DNA of 63,923 bases, filler included, from Saprolegnia diclina VS20 (taxonomy: Eukaryota): NCBI RefSeq assembly GCF_000281045.1. It is 12 parts of 4 records of this genome, joined end to end, with 100 filler letters (N's around TTAATTAATTAA, not from the genome) between each part and the next. Parts side by side here need not be neighbours in the genome. Positions count along the whole stretch, not along the records: positions 16,943 to 26,739 come from NW_008246147.1; positions 26,840 to 28,009 come from NW_008246147.1; positions 28,110 to 31,853 come from NW_008246147.1; positions 31,954 to 51,048 come from NW_008246147.1; 8 more parts are not named here. One strand, written 5' to 3'. A model generated the notes under the pieces. The model did not search any database. It was not told the DNA's origin and was given only the letters and a program-made list of their open reading frames with translations. Each line of letters opens with the position of its first letter. The first letter of the stretch is position 1. Below, in pieces: positions 23,101 to 34,112 of the stretch. The translations under genes and the position numbers were made by a program.

Positions 23101-26100
23101 AGACGTCGCTGCTCCAGCTCGAAACCCTTGGCAAACTTGAAGCTGTGCTGAGCATCCAGGTAGGTTTGCGTTTGTCGGACGGTATTACAGGATGGAGCAA
23201 TGTCGTAGCGTCAGAGCGCCCAAGATCAGTTGCTTGGCGCGATGCAGCTGCAGACGACGCAGCATGAGCTGCTTGGGTCTTGGACGCAGCGCCACAGCGT
23301 GTATGAAGACGATGCGGACGCGCTTCTCCGCGCCCTCGAGCTCGAGAGCACGCTACTGTCGCTTCTCGAGTGGCCGACGCCAACGTGGCACCTCAAGCGC
23401 GCCAAAGCCGCGCGGAAGGCCGATCGCCCGGCGACCGCGTTTGCTGCTTTGGCCCACCTCGAAGCGATCAAGGTCACGAGCGCGATGCAGTCGTCGCTCC
23501 TGCTCGAGAAGGCGCGGACGTTCTATGCGACCGGGGACGCTCCCCGCGCGCTCCTCATCGCCAAGCACGTACACAAGGCGCTGGTTGCTGCGCCGTCGTC
23601 CGAGCCACTGCTGCTGGCGCAGACGCAACTCACGATTGGCAAGTGGCTGGCGTCGATGCGCGCCGAGCGCAACGAAGTGATCCACACGCAGTACCTCTCG
23701 GCCGCGACCGCGTTGTTTGAACGACTTGGCCCCGAGACGCGCCATGGCAAGGAAGCGTCCAAGGCGTACTTGGTCGTGGCCAACTACCTCTACGACAACT
23801 ACCTCCAAGTCAAGACCCGCGTCGAGTCGAGTGAGTGGAAGCGAGGCAAGCAGGTCGCTTTGGCCCAAGAGCAAGAGCTGCACGCGTGCGAGAAGCTGCC
23901 GGACGCCGAGCGCAGCCGCTACATGAAGCACATTGTGCCGCTCCGCAAGCAGGTACTGGCGTGTCGCAGGACGGTGTGATGACAAACTTGTCCATATTAG
24001 GTCGAGTACGACAAGAAGGAGCGCGCGATGGTCGAAAACTCGGTGCTCATGTTCCTCACGGGCGCCTTGCACAACTATGGGCTTTGCCTCCGGTGCGTCA
24101 AAGGTAGTTGTGACGCAGCATCGTCATGTCGTCGTAGGTACGCGCCGGTGGCCGACATGACACCCGTCTTTCGCATTGTGTCTCTGTGGTTTGAGCACGG
24201 CGCGGTGGCGGCCGTGACTGACGAAATGGCGACGATCGTCGAGACGGTTCCGTCGTACAAGCTCCTCCCGCTGTCGTACCAGATCTTGTCGCGCCTTGCG
24301 TCAAGCGTCGCGCTGCCCGCGTTCCACAGTGTGCTGGAAGCGCTCGCTCTCAAGATGGGCGTCGACCACCCGCACCACACGCTCGTGCAGCTGTTGGCGC
24401 TCAAGAACACGGGCAAGCAAGGCAGCGTGCAGTTCCGCGACAACGTCGGGTCGAGCAAGGCGGAGGCGGCCGCACGCATCCTCGCCCAAGTCCAAAAACA
24501 CAGTAGCACGAGCGCCGAGCTCGTTCAGAACATGGAGGTGCTCTGCGACGCGTACGTCAAGCTCGCGCTCTATGACACGACCGAGTTTGCGCGCAAGGGC
24601 GTCAAGAAGATTCCGTGTGCCAACGTGGTCGTGGGACCCCACAACGTGGCGTTTGACCAGTGCCTTCGCCTTCGCCGGCTCAACCAGGACACCCAAGCAC
24701 GCCCTGCGGTGCTAACGCTCTCGATCGCGCCCCGCTCGGACCGGGACTATACCCACGTGCCCCGGGTGCAGTCGTTCGAGACGACGTTCACCATCACCGA
24801 CACGGGTAGACCGTCGTTATGGACGACAATTTGAGTGGCTGAGTGATCGTGTAGGGATCCACCGCCCCAAGATCCTCTTCTGTTTTGGCTCGGACGGGCT
24901 TCGACGCAAGCAGCTCGTCAAGGGCAACGACGACACGCGCCAGGTACGTTGGCTCTTGGATGTGGAGTGGCAGGTTGAGGACCGTGACGTAGGATCTCGT
25001 GATTGAACAGACGTTCGAGATGGTCAACACGTTCTTGGCCGAGCAGTCGGCGACCAAGCAGCGCCAGCTGCACATCAAGACGTACAAGGTACTCGTTTTG
25101 GTGCTGTGGGCATTGCGCATTGTTATATACTCTAGGTGACGCCGCTGGGGCCGATCGCTGGTGTTCTCGAGTGGGTTGAGAACACGCTTCCAATTGGCAA
25201 CTACCTCACGAGCCGAGGCATGGACGCGCATGGGCGGTACCACCCGAGTGAGTGGAAGCACCCCAACTGCCGCCAGCACCTCATGCGCGCGACCGACAAG
25301 TACCAGGCGTTTCTCGAGATCCAAGCGCACTTTACGCCCGTGTTTCATCACTTTTTCCTCGAGAAATTTCCCGATCCGGCCAACTGGTTTGTCAAAAGTT
25401 GTGTTTGGATTCACAAACTATGACTTTGGACGTAGGTATGCCAAGCGCGTGGCGTACACGCGCAGTGTCGCCGTCACGTCGATCGTCGGCCACATCCTCG
25501 GCATTGGCGACCGGCACTCGTCCAACATCCTCATCGACGAGGCAACGGGCGACTTGGTTCACATTGACTTTGGCGTCGTCTTTGACCAAGGTCCTTAGTT
25601 CATGACATGCTCTTGCTAAACTCGGGTAGGGATGGCGCTGCAGACGCCCGAGACGGTGCCGTTTCGGCTTACGCGGGACCTTGTCGACGGCATGGGCGTC
25701 ACGGGCGTCGACGGGTTATTTACGCGGACGTGCGAAGAGACGCTCAAGGTCGAGGTCGAAGTCGACGAGAGTTAGTCACGCTGGTGGATAGGTCTTGCGC
25801 AAGAAGGGCGCGGCGTTGACGACGATTCTAGAAGTGTTCATCCACGATCCGCTCTACAACTGGACGCTCTCGCCCGTGAAGGCGCTCAAGATGCAGCAGG
25901 AAAGTCAGCTCTTATTGCACAAGAAGAGCGACGTGATGCCCGAAGAAAACGTCGCCGACGCTGCCTCCCGCGCGCTTCTCCGCGTCAAGCAGAAGCTCCA
26001 AGGGTACGAGGACCCGACCGGCGATGCGATGAGCGTCGAAGGCCAAGTCAAGCGGCTCGTGCATATGGCCCAGGACCCGCACAATCTCTGCAAGCTGTAC

Positions 26101-26124
26101 CCGGGCTGGGGTCCCTGGCTCTAA
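17191..26124 (+). CDS. ATM: ATM serine/threonine kinase (PIKK family), about 12 exons
   Basis: FAT-like helical region, then kinase motifs [48 protein letters not shown] and [11 protein letters not shown], and FATC ending LYPGWGPWL*. Short GT..AG introns start near 19351, 19638, 23160, 23953, 24092, 24806, 24944, 25089, 25387, 25591 and 25749. Confidence 0.93.
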
Positions 26125-26187
26125 ATAGCACGCAATATTGACAAAGCAACAGAATGGTATCAAGTTGATACTCGATGTGGCATGAAA

Positions 26188-26628
26188 CTACTTGCCGCAC
26201 CACGCCGTCTGCGGCGCGAACGAGAGGCAGTCGACGGCCGATACAAATGTGGTGGTGCAGACGCCGTTCAGGATGCAAGCAGAGCAGACACCGGAGGACG
26301 GACACCCTGAGCCGGAGGTACAGACGCACGCCGCGCCATTGCTTGGTTTGTTGGCGCTCGGGTTGAAGACCCAGTAGCCACCAGCGATGACGCACTGCGC
26401 CTTGGTGTACGTCGGCTGCTGCAGCGTGCAGACGCCAAGGAGTTTGTTCCAGGTCCCAGTGCACGTCGTAGCGATCGTAGGTGGCGCAGGGAGGTTTTGG
26501 CAGACGCCAGTCGAGGCCTGGATCGACGTTGTCGAGGTCACAGCACCCACACTCGAACAGTGGATGTGTTTTGGGTTGTACTTGGTGGAGCCCACGCCTT
26601 CGTAACGTCGATAGTCGAATCGAGTCAA
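26188..26628 (-). CDS. Small cysteine-rich protein, diverged paralog (copy C), convergent with ATM
   Basis: Same 12-Cys spacing as copy A (GVCT.QQP, GAAC.C.SG.GCPSS..C..C..NGVC, WCG.*). Start uncertain. Confidence 0.72.
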   Translation of the reverse strand: MTRFDYRRYEGVGSTKYNPKHIHCSSVGAVTSTTSIQASTGVCQNLPAPPTIATTCTGTWNKLLGVCTLQQPTYTKAQCVIAGGYWVFNPSANKPSNGAACVCTSGSGCPSSGVCSACILNGVCTTTFVSAVDCLSFAPQTAWCGK

Positions 26629-27229
26629 CGTAATCTTGTGGTATGGGCCCTAACCCTCGTCGTTTCAGGATTGACTAGACTGGTGGTTTGTATCAGCTGC
26701 GTCTCGAGAGGTGGCTGGACGGCGCAGGATACAAACCAANNNNNNNNNNNNNNNNNNNNNNNNNNNNNNNNNNNNNNNNNNNNTTAATTAATTAANNNNN
26801 NNNNNNNNNNNNNNNNNNNNNNNNNNNNNNNNNNNNNNNGACCGATTCGACGACATTACTAGGCCAAGTTCAGATAATTCTGGGCATTTGGACATTTTAG
26901 TATCCATGTATTTCGGTGAAAAATCTGAACGCGACCAAAAACCTGCAGTCATTTCAACCTCTCGACATACTACTACCGGTATGCAGCATGACGCTGTCTG
27001 GTTTGGAGGTTGCTCTAGATGCTGGTGGCCGGCATGATCTATCTATTTCGTGGCGTTGGCACGCGCTCTTTGACATGCATGCGCGCGTGGACCTTGGGGT
27101 GCCTGAACAGCAGAGCGGCCATATTGCCGCTTGTGAGCACCGAATTTTGTGGACGAGAACATTATCTTTTGGGCCAAAAAGATAGAAAATTGACTAGCGT
27201 ACCAACTTGTCGATTGTCGGCACCGATCC

Positions 27230-28009
27230 TTATTCTTGCACGAGAAGAAGCCGTACGTTGGATCCAGCGGAGAAGAGACGCACAGTCGGGTACAAGTCGA
27301 CGTCACTAACGACGTTGTGCAAGCCCATCGGGAGCAACACGCCGTCCACCGCAAACGTGATGCGCCGCTGGAGGCGGTGCCACGTAACTTGAAGAAACGC
27401 CAGCCGCGGCGCCTTTGTATCAAGGAGGCTATCGGACCGAGGTTCGTCGTGCGAATACACTCTGGCGTTGCGACAACTGAAGAACCAGCCGCGGGTCGCG
27501 TCATTGCGGTCGGGCATGGGCACCGTCTCGTCGAGAAACCCGACTTCAACGGCGTGGAGACCGAGATGCACGAGCACGGCGAACGTCGAGACAGGTTGCG
27601 ACGCGACAACACTGGCCCAGCCACGACTGGGGTGCTTGGCAAGCGTATTGCCGTCCGCAAGTTGAATCGTGTCGGAGCACCGGCGTGGATCCCACTGCAA
27701 TGGCGCGGTCGGCGCGGAGGGCTCTGGCGCCGGACTCTCGATCTGGATCTGGAGGTAGTCGAGCATCTCTCGTACATCCGCTTCTTGATTGGCAGTGAGT
27801 CCGTCAACGTCCAGTGTACCCGATCGAAGGTACTTGATCACACGCTTAAACGTACTCGCGTCCAAATCCAGAAAGTACTCGCCTACGAAGGTCCGTCATC
27901 AGTACCATAGCCACAGGTGCGGACAAGAGAATAGTACAGATGACGCTCTACCTTTTTCATTTGGCAGCCAGTGATCACTTGAGAGCATCGCGTCAAAGTA
28001 GCTGCCAGG
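27230..28009 (-). CDS. KCTD-type BTB/POZ plus SPRY-like protein, 5'-truncated
   Basis: PGSYFDAMLSSDHWLPNEK [intron] GEYFLDLDASTFKRVIKYLRSG..EMLDYLQI is a T1-type BTB. It is followed by WDP..CS, WASVVA, ITFAVDG and DLYPTVRL. Confidence 0.8.
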
Positions 28010-28562
28010 NNNNNNNNNNNNNNNNNNNNNNNNNNNNNNNNNNNNNNNNNNNNTTAATTAATTAANNNNNNNNNNNNNNNNNNNNNNNNNNNNNNNNNNN
28101 NNNNNNNNNTCGGTCATTGTCACCATCGGCGTCCAGTGCAGCAATGGCAAAAACCAAGTCGTCGCAGCCGTCCGTTGCTGGGATGTGTACAGTGCACATG
28201 GATGGACCATCACTAACCTCTGCATGTGTGTGACGGGTGCGAATTGGAGCATATGATTTCGGTACCGCAGTGTGTGGCTGCGGGCGCTTGCACTTGTAAA
28301 GGCAGCTGGCACGACGGTGCTGCGTCAGTCCAAAGCAAGCGACAAGATTTCGCTGGTGGTCCACCCATGACTTGCAGAAATTACACTGTCGACGATGTGG
28401 CGCTTTCGTTCAGCGTCATCCCCCTTGGTTCCGTCGCAAAGATGTGACTGTCCGTATCGGCGGTCGCTACAGTATCTGGCGGTTTGGATTCGAGCACAAC
28501 CAGTTAGTGGACGATGTGATTGGTTTCGGCGATATAAATAAATAAATAGTACACAAAAGTCG

Positions 28563-30505
28563 ATGGTCGAAAGCATGCTGACCGCGCCAAAGTGGGCAAC
28601 GCGGGCACCGACGCTGCCTCGCAAGTCGTCCAAGCTACGGCAACCGACGCCCAAGACGCTCTCACTGCACAAATACTTCAACGCCGGCGGTGTCACCAAA
28701 GTCAACTACAACAAGCGCTCCGTGGTCATCTCGAGTCTCTTTGCGCTCAGCCTTTTTCTGAGCCCTTTGAAAGCGTATGTGAGCGAGCCTTTCTTGGGCG
28801 ATAGTGGGTACTTTGATGCGGGTCTACCGACGTCCTCGACGCCGACATGGGCATCGGCCGTCGTTGCTGACTTGAAGCAGCAAGCGTCGGCGGACAACTC
28901 CAACGCAACATACCACATGACAACATCGACGGTCGACGCGAGCGTGTGCTCATTTGCGCTTGTCGCCCGCGCGCCGGGCGCGCTCTTCTACCCGCCCGAC
29001 TTTGGTCCACAAGTGCTCCGGGATCTCTGCGCAACGACGACGATGACGACGGCACCCACGGCTCGCGCGTGGACCATGCAACTGGTCTCGGTCCCGATGG
29101 CAGTCTCCGTTGCGTGGGCGCAGCCAACGGGTCCGAATACAACCGCCATCTCGTTCATCCACGCACTTCCCGTGTACTCTAGCTCTTGGGTGTTTGCCAA
29201 ACTCTTGTGGCGAGTGCTCCTCAGCGTCTACATTGGCTGGCTTCTGTGGCGCCAGTACTACCGCCACATAACCCACCTCGTCGAGAACCTTGATCTGTAC
29301 CCGCTGAGCGATCGATCCAAGACCGTCGAGCGCTACGAGGTCCTTATCGGCGACCCCACGTCCATGATCATCTCCAACCCGATTGTCTGCATTGGTTTTT
29401 GCCTCGACATTCTCGCCAGCGCCGACGTATCGTTGCATGCAACGGTCCGCGTCCTTTACGCTACCGACGCCCGCAGCTTCTTGTGCGGCGCCTACTACCT
29501 CGGTCGCCACGTCTGGTTCTCGTACGCAGCGCTCTTGGTCCTCAATCGACTGCTCCGGCGCAAACGCATGATCCACTGGTGCGTCGCTCAGTCGACGACG
29601 GTGCTCACAGTTGCTATCACCGTACTCCTCAGCGCAGCCGCCAACGGGTGTCTGCGATGGTATCCGCTCGTGGGCATGTCCAACTCGATCATGTGTGCGC
29701 TCTCGACGGCAGCCGCCGATGGTAGCTACTACACGATCGAAGTGGCTCCCGCGCTTTTCCTCACCTACCTCATGCTTGCGTTGGTACCGGTGGTGCTGGG
29801 GCGCCGGGCGCCCGAGCCGCGTCCGGACCCGCCAGAGCTGCTGATTTACCACAAGAGTATTTCGTCCGTCTTGAGTGCGAGTCGCCAGCGCCCAGTGCAG
29901 CTCGGCGTGGTCGCACGCGCGCCAAGCGACCGAAAGTCACCTGCGACGCCTGTCCCTGCACTGGCCCCGACGGTTACTTAACCCATAGAGAAGCCAATAT
30001 TATGACGTGGCGCTTTCTAGGACGACAATTCCTTTGCCAAGTTTGACTTCAACGATTGGAAGCGTCGACTCTGTCTGTACTTGTGCCGACCCCACAAGCC
30101 GACGGACGCAGGTACACTCGGTGTATACCATAGTGACACGGCCGCATCATGTGCGTAGACTTTTGCTCGGGGGCGTCCATGTACCGGCTATTTGCGACGG
30201 ACCCGTCCCATCAGTCGCTCGCCACAATCAACGGGCGTGGCACCGACTGTTATGTGTACAGCTACATTGCAGCGGGGCAGCTCGCCGACGTGACACGCGT
30301 GAGCTTGGTCTCGCACATCGGACTCCAGCAACATCAGGGCTCGACCGCATCCGTTCAACCAAAAGCCAACCGAGATGCGCCGCAACGCCCAAATGTTCAG
30401 CGATTTGCAGTCGGAAAGGTGCTGCTGCGGCTAACTGGCGACAGCGACGAGCTGGCCAACGCGCTTCTTATACACGGCGCGCGGAACTCACCATGGATCG
30501 AGTAG
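28563..30505 (+). CDS. Oomycete multi-pass membrane protein (3 exons)
   Basis: Long ORF with TM segments and GDPTSMII. Putative introns at about 29973-30020 and 30112-30158 give DDNSFAKFDFNDWKRR and GASMYRLF..TINGRGTDCYV. Confidence 0.75.
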
Positions 30506-31399
30506 TTGTCGTAACTTCCTCCTAATCTTGAGCACCCAAGCGTTCTCATCAGATCCCAGCGTCGAGCAAGCACAGTGTATTACGTAGTCACACCCTTTCC
30601 TCATACTCCAAACAGCACTTTGAAGCTCATTGGTTGTCCGCACCCAGTGAATCAGCATGAAGCGCATCCAATACGTCCGCACTCCCAGGGCGCCCGCCAC
30701 AAGATCGAATGCCGCCAGTGTCACGCCGATGCGCCAGCGACCCGAGAGCGGGCAAAGTTCATTTTTGGCCACATCGGTAGTTCTGCGACAGACNNNNNNN
30801 NNNNNNNNNNNNNNNNNNNNNNNNNNNNNNNNNNNNNNNNNNNNNNNNNNNNNNNNNNNNNNNNNNNNNNNNNNNNNNNNNNNNNNNNNNNNNNNNNNNN
30901 NNNNNNNNNNNNNNNNNNNNNNNNNNNNNNNNNNNNNNNNNNNNNNNNNNNNNNNNNNNNNNNNNNNNNNNNNNNNNNCGCCCAAATGTTCAGCGATTTG
31001 CAGTCGGAAAGGTGCTGCTGCGGCTAACTGGCGACAGCGACGAGCTGGCCAACGCGCTTCTTATACACGGCGCGCGGAACTCACCATGGATCGAGTAGTT
31101 GTCGTAACTACCTTCTAATGTTGAGCACTCAAGCGTTCTCAGCAGCAGAACAACTGCCGATCCCAGCGTCGAGCAAGCACAGCGTATTACGTAGTCACAC
31201 CCCTTTCCTCATACGTACTCCAAACGACCCTTTGAAGCTCATTGGTTGTCCGCACCCAGTGAATCAGCATGAAGCGCATCCAATACGTCCGCACTCCCAG
31301 GGCGCCCGCCACAAGATCGAATGCCGCCGGTGTCACGCCGATGCCCCAGGGACCAGAGCCGTGTTCATTTTCGGCCACATCGGTAGTTCTGCGACAGAC
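30387..31399 (+). repeat. Direct duplication of about 410 bp (30387-30793 and 30979-31399) across a scaffold gap
   Basis: cgcccaaatgttcagcg...gttctgcgacagac occurs twice with SNPs and small indels. Confidence 0.9.
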
Positions 31400-31527
31400 A
31401 CTTGCGAACCGATACCGTAATGGGTGTGACATATGGTGCCACCTCATGCGATTGGATGACGCTGTTGAAGCGTTGAACGGATGATGCCGACTTGTGACGT
31501 CGTCACAATCACATTGGCACGGACGGC

Positions 31528-31853
31528 ATGACCGAAGACGCTGACGACACTGCGCCAACAACATCGTACGTCCGGACGTCCGACGACCATGTCCACCCGC
31601 TCGAGCACGCCAACGTCTTCTCGACAGCGACATTGTCCTGGATCGATCCGCTCATCCGCAAGGGCGCCGCGCAACCGCTCCAAGAAGACGACGTCTGGCC
31701 TCTGCCCGCCACCGACACGGCCGCCGTCGTCTCGGATCGATTCTTGCGCCAGTGGTCGATCGAGATCGCCAAGGCAACGCCAAGGCTCTCGCACGCCATT
31801 TGGCGAACCTTCCGGCGCGAGATCCTCTTCACCTTGGGCCTCAACGTCGTCGC
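31528..31853 (+). CDS. ABCC (MRP-type) transporter, 5' fragment
   Basis: HPLEHANVFSTATLSWIDPLIRKGAAQPLQEDDVWPLP is the ABCC lasso motif. Truncated by contig end. Confidence 0.8.
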
Positions 31854-32083
31854 NNNNNNNNNNNNNNNNNNNNNNNNNNNNNNNNNNNNNNNNNNNNTTA
31901 ATTAATTAANNNNNNNNNNNNNNNNNNNNNNNNNNNNNNNNNNNNNNNNNNNNCAGGGCCTTCCGGGCCGGTTAAAAGGACACGTTACCGGAATAAGGGA
32001 CGATTGGCGGGTACAGATCCGCCAAACGTCGACTAAGCGCTGCTATTCGTCGTGTCATTTTCCTAATCTGCGGTCGCGCCGCG

Positions 32084-32724
32084 ATGGCATGGGACAAGCA
32101 GGTACGGTGGCGTTGCATTGTTTTGTACTTTGTGTATTGCATTGAAATTGAGATGATTGGCATTCTGCTGGGTCCCGGCGTGCGCACTATCGAAAGATAC
32201 ATCAAGCAATTCACAACGCTTGGGCACGTGAGTCTTAAGCAGAAAAGTAAGACCACCGTCCCGTGGCCTCCCGAGGTCATCGAGTTCGTCGACGCGTACG
32301 CGCAAGACAATCCATGTTTTTACATCGAGGAGCTACAGGGGGCACTCCAGACCACGTTTGTGGGTCTCAAGCCTTGCTCTGCAGCAACTATCTGTCGTGT
32401 ATTGCGCTTCCATCTGAACCTCTCACGCAAGGTGTTGGAAAAGCGAGCTAAAGAAAGCAGTGCATTTGAGATAGAGATGTTTTACCGTCGTCTCTATCCA
32501 TTCTATAGCCACCCTAGCCAGCTTGTCTTTGTCGATGAAACCTCGAAAGATGGACGCGATGCGATGCGTCGCTACGCGTGGTCGCGGCGCGGGACTCCAG
32601 CTATTGTCAGCCTCCCCTTCAAGCGCGGACAACGGATTTCCATCGTCGCCGCCTTTGACGTTACCGGCTTCTTTGCCTGGAAACACACGACCGGAACTTT
32701 CGACCGTGCCGCGTTCCACGAAGG
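32084..32724 (+). mobile_element. IS630/Tc1-mariner DDE transposase, 3'-truncated
   Basis: HTH-like N-terminus, FYIEELQ, SAATICRVLR..LNLSRKVLE, LVFVDETS (first catalytic D), RRYAWSRRG and RISIVAAF. The second and third catalytic residues are absent. Confidence 0.88.
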
Positions 32725-33396
32725 GGTCGTCCATTTGGCGCGCGAGGTGAGTGGCGTGGTAGCGGAGCTGAGCCGGACCCGGCACGTCCTCGGGTGCGCG
32801 GGGAACGTCCATAATCTACATCGAGGGCATGTCATTCCATCCAATCACATATTGATTGATACGAAAGGCAATACCCGCGCAGCAAGTCGCGCAGCGACTT
32901 CGCGGATCCGATTCTCGGTCGCACGACGAATCTGCTGAGCTCGTGTCTCGCTCTTCTCGACGTATACATAGAGCTGAAAGGTCGTGTCGCCTACGACGTC
33001 AAAAAAGAATCGGCGGAGTAGCGCGCGCGTACCGTTGGCGCGGGCGAGCAATGAGTTCCACATGCTGTTGATCGTTGAGGCGTACGTGTCGGGCGTGATC
33101 CCAACGTACGTGCTTTGGCGGTCGTTCGCGCCGACCTTGGCGTACAAGACCATGTTCGGGGACCTCGACAGAGTTACCGTTCTCGTCGCCGTCGTTCTAG
33201 CCCTGCCGTATTCGGTCATGATCGTGTCGGTCATGACGCCTACGCGCTGCAGTAGCACGCCACAGCCTTCGGTGTATGCATGGACGAACTCATGCGTGTC
33301 GGCAGTGGAGCGACCGGTCAGCGCGGCACCGACCTTGACCGTCAAGTTGCAGCTCAGGTGCGTGGGGAGCTCGACCGTCCGTTGCGCTCGAGTCAT
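32725..33396 (-). CDS. Intron-containing accessory gene convergent with the transposase, 3'-truncated
   Basis: ORF MTRAQRTVELP... Plausible GT..AG introns at about 32991-33032 and 32817-32874 give a continuous frame (FQLYVYVEK..IRRATENRIRE..) that stops at the transposase junction. Confidence 0.5.
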
Positions 33397-33421
33397 CCAA
33401 TCGACACTTGACAGCAGGGCC

Positions 33422-33670
33422 AACGAATTATTTTGAAATATGCACTGCCTTCGCCAATGTTTTCGGCCCTTTTATTTTTATTCAAGTAAGGGACTGATCA
33501 ATACATTTTTCATGTTATCCCGTCCTGAATTGATTTATATTACGCTAGGACGTTTTAGCAGTTCGGCGATACGTATCCGGACGAATTAGCGGTCGTCCTC
33601 CAAACGAATTATTCGTCCGGCAGCATCCGGTAGAAAACAACGTCAACGAATTAGACCCCATTTTGGGGCG
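33422..33670. repeat. Four ACGAATTA motifs and a short inverted repeat (ccggacgaat / attcgtccgg); possible transposon subterminal region
   Basis: Motif at about 33423, 33581, 33604 and 33646. Inverted repeat at about 33577-33586 and 33611-33620. Confidence 0.5.
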
Positions 33671-34112
33671 ACAAAAATGCTGATTATCACAATACATGAT
33701 TTCATAAAACGAATTACACTGTACGACCAGATGCCATGGCCAGACGCTGCAAATCTTTTCACAATGGCCCACAGATTCGTCCACGCCGTTGTTTCTAGCG
33801 GTGGTAAAAGGAGGTTCTCGATCGTCTATCGTCGATGTGTGCATGGTCAACATGGACTACAAGAACACTGATGCGCATTTACTGGAGCTCGGCATCTGGT
33901 ACCCGACAAGCTGGCGCTAGTAGCTTGGCGGCAAATTTGTGTCAACCGCCTGGTCCACAGAACCTGCTGCTGTGAGAAACAACCAGCCCGAGGGATAGAT
34001 CCGTAGCCAAGATACACTAGTGTCACCCAAGTGTGGGGCAATGCTGCGCGCAAACACGTCGCCCGAGCATTCGACAACAAATCCGTGTATATTAGGTACA
34101 TAGCCCACACTA

